NCBI GenBank assembly: GCA_016748015.1
Contig: JAAOMT010000597.1
Location: 248,001 to 312,000 of the forward strand
Direction of reading: 5' to 3'
DNA from: Geosiphon pyriformis uo1
Lineage: Eukaryota > Fungi > Glomeromycota
DNA length: 64,000 nucleotides
The notes beneath the pieces were generated by a model, which was not told the DNA's origin, did not search any database, and worked only from the letters and a program-made list of their open reading frames with translations. This document shows, piece by piece, positions 10,835 through 23,515 of this stretch. Both the position numbers and the translations under genes were made by a program. The stretch's first letter is position 1, and every line of letters starts with the position of its first letter.

Positions 10835-11491
10835 ATGAACAATTATTTCCTAAATCAAAACATTTAAAATGCTTTCTATACTCTCCATGAGTACTGGATC
10901 AAAAATTATCCAAATGCTACTCTGACCATTGGAAAACAAACCACCATAACTGATAACAGTGAAACACATACTGTTATTAGACCAAAGAAAACCACTACCA
11001 GAAGAGAGAGAATTGATAGCAAAATGAATAAGTATTTGCTAGAAAGCATAATAGCAGCAATACTTACACCTTCCATAACAATTGGAAAAACAATTAAGGA
11101 AATCTTGCCCATAAACAAAAACTTGTCATATAGAAAACAACTAAAACTCTATGGTTGTCTTGGTAAAATTATAGAAGAAATGAAGCTTATAAAGAAAACA
11201 ACTTCAGAGATACAAGTGGAAATTTTGGGCATTATACATTTAGATGTCCCAAGAGTTTTGACTATTGCAAAAAGAGCCAAAACTCTTATACAAAGATTTG
11301 GTCTCTTGAATACAAAGCTTATTTCGCCTCAAGTACTATACACTCTATCCACAAAAAATTTTAACAAACTAGTTAGTTTTGAGTTAGACAAAACCCTTCA
11401 ATTAGAATACTCTATAAATAGCTTGATTTTGCTGGAGCTCAATCTCTTTGGAGAGGATGATGTTACAGTTGAAACCCATAATTTTTATTAG
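10835..11491 (+). pseudogene. B1 ORF3, unknown ~218-aa protein reading through the PPT into the LTR
   Basis: ATG AAC AAT TAT at 10835 is in frame with ORF 11024-11491, with one CAA>TAA stop. Homologues in B2 and B3. Confidence 0.82.
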
Positions 11492-12200
11492 TTATCACAT
11501 GTATTAGCCATTGATGTCACATAAATAGCCACTCTATTTTAGATAGTGATCATTGACCTGATCAATGACTTGACTGTTGACCTGATTATTGACCTGATTA
11601 TTAACCTAATCAATGATCTGATTATTGACCTGATCATTGACCTGATTATTGACCTAGTCATTGACCTGGTCATTGACCACTTTCAATAGCTATATAAGCG
11701 ATAAGTCTCTTAGCTGTAGAAAATCATCTCTTAGACAAGAATCAAATAAATAAAAATAACAACTTTCATCTCAATCACTCTCTTATCACTAATTTCCCTT
11801 TCCCTACCTTCAAGTATCCAAATATTTTAGGATAAAAGATTATTTGTTGGCTTTTTCCTGTTTGAATAATTGTAGTATTTGAAGACTATTTGTATAAATG
11901 TGACTAAAGAGCACAAGTTGATACCTGATATTGAATTCTAAGAGCACTAACATGAAAGCATAGAATTAATACCAGCGGTGATCAATTGTTAACATTATGG
12001 ACTATCTCTCTACCTTCAGATTCTCTTGTTATCTTTTGAAAAAAATAGTGACTAAGATATTTTATAAGACTGATCTCGCACATTGAATCCATACTTATTT
12101 AATTTGCTCTTTAAAGTTGAATTCACCTTTGATTATTTCCATCACCTTACAATCTTGTTCTCCCTTGCTATTCATTAGCTTGTTATTCCAATCTGTAACA
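11461..12200 (+). repeat. B1 3' LTR (740 bp)
   Basis: TGTTACA...TGTAACA termini, 12-bp ATTGACCTGAT(C/T) tandem array ~11549-11678, TATATAA ~11692, AATAAA ~11745. Confidence 0.93.
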
Positions 12201-12665
12201 GTAATTGATACTTAACCATATTAACAATAGCTCTTAATCATGACTATTAATGGAATACTAACTTTTTATTGCCTTGGCTTATTTTTTTATTTTTTTTTAT
12301 TTTCTTTGGTTATTTTTTTTTTGTTGTTTACTAAGTGAAGTTAAAAGAATAAAGTGCTGAATTATTGATGTTAAAGATAGCCTGGTAAAAAACCCCAAAG
12401 GAAGAGTATAAAATTGATAATTTATGGATAGCTTACCAGAAGAGCATTTCTGCCAGATTACCAGCCACTATACTAAGAAAAAAATTCAACAGAATTGTGA
12501 TTTCAAGAGGCTACTAAAACACTATTGAATCTCTGTTCATTATACAAAGGACTTAACCAAAACCTTCAGACAACCAAAACCTTCAGAACAACATCAGTAT
12601 ATTAATTGAGCACCAAGTTATGAGTTTGTTATTTGATTTAAGATCCCAAATAATTACTTGTAACA
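12201..12665 (+). repeat. 3' half of an A-type LTR, interrupted by B1 and itself inserted in the A2 integrase
   Basis: Matches the A1 LTR from ~8762 onward (GTAATTGATACTTAACC...GAGCACCAAGTTA...TGTAACA). Flanked at 12666 by minus-strand integrase sequence. Confidence 0.85.
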
Positions 12666-15308
12666 ATAGTTTACTGGGTCTTGTTTTTTTTCTTCTCTGG
12701 CAAGCATCACAATTTTGAACATATTAAATGATATCTAAATACATGAATAGCCAATAATATCTTTTCCTAATTTTTTTTATAGTTGTTTCTTTATGAAAAT
12801 GTTTTGCTGTCAGATCTGAGTACATGTTATATAATATTGTTTCTTTTTCTGGTTTTGTAATTATTCTGAGTGGTTGATTTGAATCTTTTTTGTTTTTCTG
12901 ATATAGTATATTTTAGTGAGTAATAAAATATTTTGATTGTTGTTTTATGTTGTTTTGTTTTTTTTAAGATAATTTTTTCTTAAACTGTTAAGTATTAATA
13001 TAATATTAAAGTTGTTGATATTTTTGTGTATTTATTTTTTATTATATTTTTGGGTTTAAAATGTTCTTAGATTTGTTTCATTTATAACAAACTATTAGCA
13101 TTTCTGTTTTTTTTTTTATTATAATGTACTGTATATTTGAATGGTGAAAAGTTTATTTTCTATCTGACACAGTAATCATTTTCAAATTTTTGCTTTTGGA
13201 TTGATGTCAATCCTTTGTGATCAATGTATATGTCAAACTTCTAACTTAAATACTCTTTCTATTTAATAACTGCCCAATAGATAACTAAGTATTCTAGTGC
13301 TGGTGTTCCATAATTCTTTTCAGCTGGACTCAAACTTTGGCTGGCATATGTTACTAGATTTTCTTATTTATCTGGTCTTCTTTGAAATAATACAGCTTCT
13401 AATACTTGACCAGATATATCAGTGATAATAATAAATGGCTTGCTGTAATTTGGATAAATCAATACTAATGCTTGGATAAGCTTTTTTCTTAGTATATTGA
13501 AAGCTTTTTGCTAAGTTTCTGTCTATTTATATTTCACATTCTTGGTTTGAAGCTGGTAAAGTGGTTAAGCCAGTTTAGAAAAATTCTGAATAAAGTGGCA
13601 GTAATATCTAATAAATTCCAAGAATGCTTGTAGTTCTGTTAAATTTTTTGGTACTGAAAAGTTTTTTACTATCTTGATTTTATCTGGATCTGTTTTGATG
13701 CTGTCTTTGCTTATGACATATTCCAAAAATTTCAGTTCTGTTTTGCCAAAGAAGCATTCAGTGGTATTTAATTTTAGCTCTGCTTGTTTCAGTCTTTTGA
13801 ACACTTGCTGTAAATAATAAAGATAATTATCAAATGTTTTTGAAAATACATTGGTGTTATCCAAATACATAACTACTGATTTCCATAGTAGTTTAGTGTA
13901 AATGATTTTTATTAACCATTGAAAAATAGCTGAAGTATTGATTAAGCCAAATAATATTACTTTAAACTCAAAGTTTTACTCTTTGGTAGTAAATGTAGTC
14001 TTCTTTTTGTTAGCTGAATTCATAACTACTTGCCAGTAACTACTATCTAAATCCAGTATTGAGAACTATTTTTTCCTCCAAAAGTGTCAAATAATTTTTG
14101 AATTTATGGAATTGGATAGCTGTTTCTATAAGTAATACTGTTAAATTTTCTATAATTTATATAAAAGCAAATTTTTCTATTCTTCTTGTGAACTAGTATT
14201 ATTGGTTATAACTATAAACTTATTGATAATTGAATTAACTTATTGTTTAACATCTGGTTGATTTTCTGTTAGATAATTTTATGACTTGTTAGTAGTACTT
14301 TGTATGCTCTTTGTTTAATTAGCATTGTATCTTTAGTCTTGATCTGATGCTAGATGATGTCAGTTCTGCCAAATTTATTTTTACTTGTAAAGATATTAAT
14401 AAAATTGTTAAGTAGCATCTTAAGTTGCATTTGTTGAAGTGGATCTAAGTTTTTCAAGTTTATTTGTTCTAATTGTTCTTATTAAAGCAAATAACATTTG
14501 TTTTGCTTGTATATAGTTTGTGATGTAATATCTATATATCTACATAGTTGTGGAAAATTTGAAATGAAGTTTGGTAGTTGGCTTTCAATTTTGGTGCTTA
14601 AGTATTTAATAATAGTTTCTTTTGGTATTTTGATAGGGTCTCCAGTTGTATTGTGGATGAGAATTTTAATGTGTTTGTGATTTTTAGCCAGTATATAGAG
14701 ATTGGTGATTCTAATCTTTTCTGGTTCACAAATTGTAGATTCTACCTCAAAAATCTGAGCTTGATTCTTTATTTTTTTCTCTATATTTAGCATATACTAA
14801 TCATATAGTGGAATAAAAATTAATTGATAAGTGGAGATAATTTCTTCCTTGTTAATAACTTCTTTTTTTGCCATATTAATTAGTATATCTATCTTATTTG
14901 TAGATCTAAATCTATTTATCTCTCTTGCTGTCATTTCTAATTTCTCTTTTTTTCTCACTAACACTAATTAAGCTATTTTAACCAGAAGCAGGAATATTGT
15001 CTGTGTTATTTTTTTATTTGGCTCAATAGTATAAGCTTTTTTGGAATCATTTTGTAATATTGTAATAATATTTTTTACATATTCTGCATCAATTATTTCT
15101 CCTTTTATATTACTTTTTTTTTCTACTAAACTATTCCTAAATATTAACTAAATCATAATTGTTGTTGAAATTTCCAATGCTATTTTTAAATCAATGCAGA
15201 TGTGCAAATGTGTTTCCAATTTAATGGCATCTTTTTCTGGATATCTCAAATCAAACTCTGTATTGGTATTATGCACTTGTTCTGGCATAATACTTTTATT
15301 GTTATCAC

Positions 15309-16312
15309 TGTTATAAATAAACTTGGTAGTATATGGTAACAATATTTGGTGCTCAAGATTTTGGGTTTCTAAAAACCTTTTAACAGTTTTCTTTCAGTAG
15401 ACTTGTTGTTGTGTCAATATTATCAATTTCTGAAAGTCTGTTTGATTGTTATAAATTTACTTATGGAGTTTTTTGGTTATAAGACACAAAAAAATGTTTC
15501 ATAGTATTGCAACTTCTTGTATGTAAATGTGAACTATCTTCTCTGAGCTAATGAATGCAGTCATTAAGATCTGACAGTGTTTTTTTGCCCTTCTGGTAAG
15601 CTATTAAGATAATGTTAATATTCAAACTTAGAAGAAGCTTTCTTTTTTTACCAGACTATCACAAAGTCTATTTTCAGACAGTCAATTTTCTATGTTGTTA
15701 CTCTACAAAAAAGAATAAAAGAAAATAAAATAAAATAAAATAAAAAATAAAAGAAAATAAATTAGTATTGTCAATTGCTGTGATTAAGAGCAATTGGTCC
15801 AGGTCATTAAGAGTTTGAGACATTTATGCTAAGAGCATCTGTTCTAGAATGAAAGTATAAAACAAAGATTAATTTAATTCAAGCATAGAATAATTGATGC
15901 CCATATATTAATAATTTTGAGTTTTTCAAATAAGTCTTTTATTTTTGTACAATATAATAATTATAAAGAAGAGAAAAATTGATTCTTTTTTGGCTGTCTT
16001 TTTAATTTCTACAACTACTCATTTTTATACATTCTTTTTGGTTTTACAGGATTGTTTTTTAATTGTTTTGTTTTTACTAGTTATTGTTTTACTATTTTTG
16101 TTATTGCTTCATTTTTTATGTTATTACTAATTATTCTATGTTTCAATTAGTTATTTTGTGCTATAACATATTATCGAGTTTTGTATTATGTTATCCTAAG
16201 TTATTACATGTTATTCTGTGTTTTTTTGTGTTATCTTGTGTTATTTCATGTCATTATGTTTTTGGTCACATTTTTTTTATAACTTTGAATTGGTTTTTCT
16301 ACTTAGGTAATA
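15309..16312 (-). repeat. Solo LTR of a divergent A-related subfamily (~1004 bp)
   Basis: TGTTAT...GGTAATA termini. Flanks TCAC / TTGC fit a TCGC TSD decayed at the CpG. Shares TGGTGCTCAA, CTGGTAAGCTAT and GTGATTAAGAGC blocks with A LTRs. Confidence 0.8.
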
Positions 16313-18098
16313 TTGCTAAATTATTTGAATTTCTGGTCTTTGGAAAGATCAGAAAGTGCAATATATTGTTCTAAGTTTAAATCAATACTGTTGTCATTGC
16401 CATTTTGAATAAAGCTGGAACCATTGTTATCATTGTTATTGTCAGAGTTTGAATCACAATTGAGTGACAATTCTGATTCTATTTCACAGCTGCTAATTGG
16501 TTTTTTTTTTTTTGGAATCATATAAATCATGCATAGTGGTGGATTGTAAATGAAATCACAATCATTACAATATTAAAAGTTACAGGGAATTAAGCAGTAT
16601 TAATAAAGTTAAGTATTTAGCTGTTCTAAACACTATTCTTGTTTGGTACATGCTAAGTTTTAGTAATGTTTATGAAATTTTTCTGGGCCTGTTTCAATAT
16701 CAAAAAATATATTGGGATTGAGGATAAGAATAATGTTAACTAATTCTGATAGATTATTCTTTATTTTAAAGATTTCACTGGATGAAATATCTTCTACTTT
16801 AGCATTTACCATTTGCCAAATTTTGTTTTTATTATGTGAATAACTGTCCAAGCAAAAGATTACTCAATGTTAGACTGCATTAATGAGTATTCTACAACTT
16901 ACCCAGTCATTTATAAGGATTATGTATTGACATTATTATAAGTAACAACATGAAGCATCACAGATTTTTTTTGTCTAAAAATGTCATTCTATATTTTTTC
17001 ATCAAGTAACTGTTTTTCACAAGCAAAACATGATTTGTTGTTCCATTTGTCTTGTTTTTTTGGATAGTCATAGTGTTTTCTATAGTATGGCTTACAGTAA
17101 TAATAGGTTCTGGTCCAGTAATCTTTGTTAGATAAGATCTAGGCTCCCATAAAAAACAGCTTTTTTTGCAGTCCTTGCACCTAAGCAGAATATATAATGA
17201 TTCAGATTTGGTGTTAGTTGAGTAGAACTTTTCTTAGCCACTAGTAGTTTTGATAAAAGTGCTGGTTTCTTGTGGCTTATTTTCTTCTTTTTTTTTTTCC
17301 TTGTTATCTCATGAGAGTATTGATAGTAGTTTGTTGTAGTCAATATTAGCCTACAAGACTTGGTAGACTTCCCAGATAGGTTTTTTTTTTTCTTGAATTC
17401 AATAAGTGGTGCCAATATGGTGGTTTTAAAGTGGCTGCAAGTGACTAATACTCAAATATATTGGCCATTTTGGTTGAGTTGCAATTTTTGGATGATCCAT
17501 TTAAATACTGCATTGGTTTTGGTCAGCCAGTCATTATCAACTAAGGCTTGGTACTAGGTGGCTTCTATAACTAATACTTTGATAAGAGTAGTAATACCAT
17601 TGACTTCAAATAGAAAGTCATTAATCTCACCAATTAGAGTTTTTGTGATTCCATTAGTGATAATAATTTTGGTACTAGTAGCATAATCAACTTGGTGACC
17701 TAATTAGTCTATGAGTTGTTATGTAATAATGCTGTTTGTTGAACTACTATTAAGGATTAGTTTGATAGAATAATTATTAACTTTGGCATCAATATATATT
17801 ACTATAATGAATTTGGTATCAAAGACAGCTCCACTAAAAAAATGTGTTATTGTGAGTTTTTTAATTTTAAATAAAAAAATAGCAGCTAATAATTTGTTAT
17901 TGGTAACAATTGCTGAAGATATGTTTAATTAATTGTTTGCTTTGGGTTTGGTTTTAAGTAGTTGAATAAAGCATCTTCTGAAATAATTAAGAGACTTAAA
18001 TAGTTTTAAGAACTCAAATTTTGAGAGTACTCTGTTCTTAAACTCCACTGGCATGATTCTGATGACTGTTGTAATGAGCTGAAGATTAGTTAATATAT

Positions 18099-18777
18099 TG
18101 TTACAGGTTGGAGTAACAAGCTAACGGATAGCAAAGGAGAACAGGATTGTAGGGTGATGGAAATAATCAAAGAGGAATTCAACTTTAAAAAGCGAATTAA
18201 ATAAGTATGGATTCAATGTGCAAGATCAGTCTCATAAAATATCTCAGTCGCTATTCTTTTCAAAGGTAACTGGGGAATCTGAAGGTAAAGGGATAGTCCA
18301 TACTGTCAACAATTGATCACCACTGGTATAATTCTATGTCTCATGTCAGTGCTCTTAGAATTCAATATCAGATATTAACTTGTGCTTTTCAGTCATATTT
18401 ATTCAAATAATCTTCAAATGCTACAATTATATATGTCTGGAAAAGGCCAACAAATAATCTTTTATCTTAAGATGTTTGGATACTTGAAGGTAGAGAAAGA
18501 GAAATTAGTGATAAGAGAGTGATTGAGATGAAAGTTGTTATTTTTATTTATTTAATTCTTGTCTGAGAGATGATTTTCTACAGCTAAGAGACTCATCGCT
18601 TATATAGCTATTGAAAGTGGTCAACAACCAGGTCAACAACTAAGTTAATGATTAGGTCAATAGTCAGGTCATTAATCAGGTTAATGATCACTATCTAAAA
18701 ATAAAGTGGCTAATTATATAACATCAGTGGCTAATACATGTAATAACTAATAAAAATTATGGGTTTCAACTGTAACA
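18099..18777 (-). repeat. B2 3' LTR (679 bp)
   Basis: Aligns end to end with 25106-25760. PPT complement TCATCCTCTCC follows at 18778. Confidence 0.94.
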
Positions 18778-19403
18778 TCATCCTCTCCAAAGAGATTGAG
18801 CTCTGGTGAAATCAAGCTATTTATAGGGTATTCTAATTGAAGGGTTTTGTCTAACTCAAAACTAACTAGTTTGTTGAAGTCTTTTGTGGATAGAGTATAT
18901 AGTACTTGAAGCAAAATAAGCTTTGTATCCAAGAGACCAAATCTTTGTATAAGAGTTTTGGCTCTTCTTGCAATGATTAAAACTTTTGGGACATCTAAAC
19001 ATATAATGCCCAAAATTTCCACTTGTATCTCTGAAATTGTTTTTTTTATGAGCTTTATTTCTTCTATGATTTCACCAAAATAACCATAGAGTTCTAGTTG
19101 TCTTCCATATGACAAGTTTTTGTCTATGGGCAAGATTTCCTTAATCATTTTCCCAATTGTCATGGAAGGTGTAAGTATTGCTGCTGTTATGCTTTTCAGC
19201 AAATACTTATTCATTTTGCTACCAATTTTTTCTCTTCTGGTAGTGGTTTTCTTTGGTTTAATAACAGTATGTGTTCCACTGTTATCAGTTATGGTGGTTT
19301 GTTTTCCAATGGTCAGAGTAGCATTTGGATAATTTTTGATCCAGTACTCATGGAGAGTGTAAAAAGCGTTTTAAATGTTTTGATCTAGGAAATAATTGTT
19401 CAT
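18747..19403 (-). pseudogene. B2 ORF3 (unknown protein)
   Basis: ORF 18747-19214 plus an upstream in-frame MNNYFLDQNI start. Homologous to B1 and B3 ORF3. Confidence 0.82.
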
Positions 19404-19444
19404 GTCAATTGAAGATACCTCTGTTTTGGGAATGATGTATTTAT

Positions 19445-20758
19445 TTATATCTGATTTTTGTTGATCATTTGGGTTGGTATTATCACAACAGGTAACCAAT
19501 CAGGTCGTTTGTAATATTTCTTAAGTTGTGTGCCATGAATAGGGTGATCATTGAAAATTGTTCCATATTGATCTTGTAAAATATAAGAACCATTGTTCAA
19601 AACTTTGTTAACTATAAAGGGTTTTTTCCACTGGTTAGAGAATTTATCACCATAGACATTGTCTCTGTCTGAACAGTATTCTAAAACTAAGTCACCAACA
19701 CTTAAGGAAAGTGTTTTATATGTTTTCTTTTTCTTAAGCTTCTCTTGGAATTGTTTTATCTTTTCAACGGCAATTACCCGTGTTTTTACTAATGAGTCAA
19801 GAATGGTACCAAGTCTTTTTTGCAAAATGTTTTTGTAATTCCCTATTGTTATTTCTTCAAAGGGTATTGTCTCAATATCAGTTTCTATTGGTAGAGTTGC
19901 CATTCATTCATAGAGTAGATAAAAAGGTTCATAACTTGTTATGTCATGATTTACAGTTCTATAAGCGAACAAAGCTGAAGGCAGTACTTTGTCCCATAAA
20001 TTTGTTTCTTTGCTGGTTTTGGCTAGGGTTTCACATAGTGTTCTATTGAAACATTCCACTAAGCCATTTGTTTGGGGGTGATAAGGAGAGGAAAGTTTGT
20101 AACATATTCCCATTTTTCTGCAAAGTTTTTCAACAAGTGTACTGAGAAAAGCTCTTCCTCTGTCAGATAAAAGTTCTTTGGGGCAGCCATAGTGACAAAT
20201 GATATCTTCATAAATGAAATTGGCTATTGAGACTGCTGTTTGGTCTGAAGTGGCTCTTGCTTCTACCCACTTTTTAAAATAGTCAGTAGCTGTGACAATG
20301 TATCTGTTGCCATCAGGAGTTATTGTTAAGGGTCTAACAACATCTATACCAATTTTGTCAAAGGGTTGACCAACAGAAATTGAATGGATATCTTCTTTGC
20401 AATTGGGTTTTCCTCTTCTTTGGCAAATATCACAGGTTTTGATGTATTCAGCAATGTTTTTTCCCAAGGTAGGCCAATAATAACAAACTAGAGTTTTCTG
20501 AATTGTTTTTGTTTTTCCAAAGTGTTCAGTTAATGAATCAGTGTGCATATTGTAGATCACAATTTCTTTTTCTTCAAATTTGATGACTCTCTGGGAACAG
20601 TCAGGATCTTTTTTATTTCATTTATAAAGTTGGTTCTGGCAAATCAAATAGAAATTTGATTGTTTGCGCAAATGTTTTCTTTGTTGTCATGTGTATTTCA
20701 ATGGGTATTGTCCTTTACCCAAAAATTCTATTAAGGCAGAGTAGTTGTCCAAGTCCAT
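19445..20758 (-). pseudogene. int: B2 stand-alone integrase ORF
   Basis: ORFs 19904-20560 and 19445-19903 carry HHCC/DDE motifs. MDLDNY start at 20758. Confidence 0.9.
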
Positions 20759-20826
20759 TATTGTGTTTGTCAAAAAAGGGGGAATTACTAATAATTAAGT
20801 TGGTTTGGTTTGAGAGGGTTGTTCTG

Positions 20827-23515
20827 TTACTAGATAGTAAGTTTGAAAAGAGCGTTGGCATTTTGATGATTAGCTCCTTTGCGATGTTGAATATCACAGT
20901 CAAATTCATCCAAGTAGAGTATCCAGCAAGTTATCCATTTGTGTTCTAGCCTCTTTTTGTTGCACAGCCAAACCAAAGCTTGGTGATCTGTTATCACCAA
21001 AAACTTCACACCAAGAAGATACTTACTCCAGTAACTGGTGGACCATACTACTACTAAGCATTCTTGTTCAGTGACTGAATAGTTTTGTTCTGCTGGGGAA
21101 AGGGTTCTACTGGCATAGGCTATGGCATGTTTTTTGCCATCTTCATCTTTCTGGAAGAGAACAGCATCAAGTCCAAAGCCAGATGCATTAGTATGGAGGA
21201 TAAAGGGTCGATCTAGATCAGATTGCTTGAGGATGGGTTCTGTAACCAGTTTTTCCTTTAAAGTTTCAAAGGCTTTTTGCTGATGTGTTCCCCAATGGTA
21301 ATTGACATTTTTTCTGAGTAGCTGATTAAGAGGAGAGGCAATTTTGGAGAAATCCTTGACAAATTTGCGATAATAAGAGGCCAAATCAAGAAAAGAGCAT
21401 AGTTCATAAATGTTTATTGGTTGTTTGATGTTTTAGACTTTTTCAACTTTGGCTGGGTCAGAAAAGATTCCATTTTTTGTAATAAGATAACCAAGGAACT
21501 AGTTGGATTGTTTTCCAAAGAAAGATTTGATTGGATTAATCTTGAGACCAGCATTTCTGAGGAGGTCAAAAACCTTTTGCAAATGTTCCAGGTATTTATC
21601 CCAGATTTTTGAGTATACTATTATGTTGTCAAAATAAACTAGAACAAAGTTTTCCTTGACTGATTCAAATACTTTATCCATTAAGCATTGAAAGGTGGAA
21701 AGAGCATTGGTGAGACCAAAAGGCATGACTGTGAATTCATAGGTGCCATACTTGGTGATGAAGGCAGTTTTTTTTCTACTTTTTGGATCCATCTCTACTT
21801 GCCAGAATTTAGCAGTTAAGTCAATAGTTGAGAAAAAAGCAGCATCTTTGAATTGGTCTAACATTGCATCAATCTTGGGAAATGGGTATATGTTTCTTTT
21901 AGTGATGGCATTTAATTGGCAGTAGTCAATACAGAAGTGTAGTATTCCACCTTTTTTAGATATCACTACAACTGGGAAAGCCCATTCACTCTTGGTTTCT
22001 TGTATGAATCCAAGTTCTTTTATCTGGTTTATCTCTTTCTTAATCATTATTGCATTGATTGGATTGATAAGGCTTTAAATGGATGGGTCGAGTTTCTTTA
22101 GTGGTGATAATATGTTGTATCACATGGGTATGTCCAGGGGTATCACCTTCTTTGGAGATAACTGGGCTATTTCTAGCCAGCAAATTTTCAATGTCTATTT
22201 TTCTTTCTTCTGGGGAGAGTTTTTTTTGTTCCACAACCAGTGATTGGATCTCAGGTGGTTCATTCTCAAAGGACTTCTGTACTTCTTTCAATTCTTCTCT
22301 GGGTATCAAACTGATTGGTTCTCAATCTCTGTAATAGATCAGGCATGATTTGCATTCATTGCTTGGAGAATACAAGGGTTTGTTGCACCAATACTGGGCA
22401 CAAGGACTATGCCACCAAAAACTGTATTTGGCTTTCTTGTCAGGTTTTCTTTCAAAGGTTCTTTTAAGAATATCATAATAAGGCCAGCAGATTAGTTTGT
22501 CATTTACAATGATTCCTTTTTTGTTTGCTTTAACATTATCCAGTGGTTTGCCATTGCTGGTGAAGGTGGTATAGGCAAGTTTACCAGTTTCTTCTTGCTT
22601 TTCTTGTTCTTTTTCTTCATCGCTCTCTTCATTATCTGATTCATCTGATTGTTCTTCTTCTTGGTTTTGTTTAGGTACTGGGGAAGTTGTCCAATAGTGA
22701 CACTTAACCACAATAGGTTTCTCACCACATCTAATGGTTAATTCACAAAGTTCATAATCAAGCAAAGCTTTTGCTTTCTTGAGTTATTTATTGCCAACAA
22801 TGATGGTGTATTCCTTGGCTTCAGAAACTTCCATGTCAGTTTCAATGCTGATTTCATTGATGCGAACAGGAACAGCTTTGGCAATACCCAGTTCTTTTTT
22901 TTTGTCACCATGTACGTTGGTCATTGGTTTGGTGGAAGATTCATCAATCTTTCTACCAATTGCTTTTAAGAAGTGTTTGGCAATAACACTAACAGATGAT
23001 CCACTGTCCAGAATTAAGTCAATAAAGTATCCAGCCACTTGGGCTTTACAAATCAGAGGAGTGACATTGCTGTTGTCAACAAGTCCAGCTTGGCGAGGGT
23101 GCTTGTTGGTTTTTGGTGTCTTTTTTTTTGGAATTAAGAATTTGCGAAGATCCTTTCTGAACTGTGGGTGGGTCATTAACTGGCCAAAAGTAATATGTGC
23201 TGGGGTTTCCATGAGATCTTTGACAACAGAATAAGGTCCAGATATTTGTACAATTTCTGGGAGTTCCAACTTTGGAGGATTCTTAAAAACTTTAGTCTTT
23301 GGTGGCTTGTTGTTATCAACGGCAGAAGTTGAGGCTTTGTTGAGGTCTAGAACGAAATCAACCTTGGCTTTCTTTTTCTTTCTGGTTGGTTCTGAGGTGC
23401 TAATTGCTAGTTCATCTATGTCATGGTCATCATTAGTTAAGTTAAAAGCAAAAAAGGGTTTTTTTTCTGGTTGGCTTGCATTCTCACCCTTTGGAGGTGC
23501 ACCTACCAGTTTAAA
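20827..23515 (-). pseudogene. pol: B2 pol (protease, Cys cluster, RT, RNase H), reached by a -1 frameshift
   Basis: LILDSGSSVS, FCIDYCQLN, MPFGLTNA, VYFDNII, TNASGFGL, ITDHQAL, NANAL. Ends in TAG TAA. Confidence 0.9.

Larger units (their letters stand above)
9302..12200 (+). mobile_element. Family B copy B1, 3' part (RNase H end, integrase, ORF3, 3' LTR); inserted into an A-type LTR
   Basis: Collinear with the reverse complement of B2. PPT GGAGAGGATGA ends at 11460. Confidence 0.93.

Noticed and set aside
10906-11118. Hydrophobic 70-aa antisense ORF present in all three B copies (also 19120-19332, 46176-46388), superficially a membrane protein
   Set aside because: It is the shadow of A-rich ORF3. 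T-rich antisense codons are automatically hydrophobic, and similar shadows occur opposite integrase and RT.
15945-16374. Phe/Leu/Cys-rich ORFs that look like membrane proteins
   Set aside because: T-rich TGTTAT-repeat U3 region of a solo LTR; a compositional artefact.
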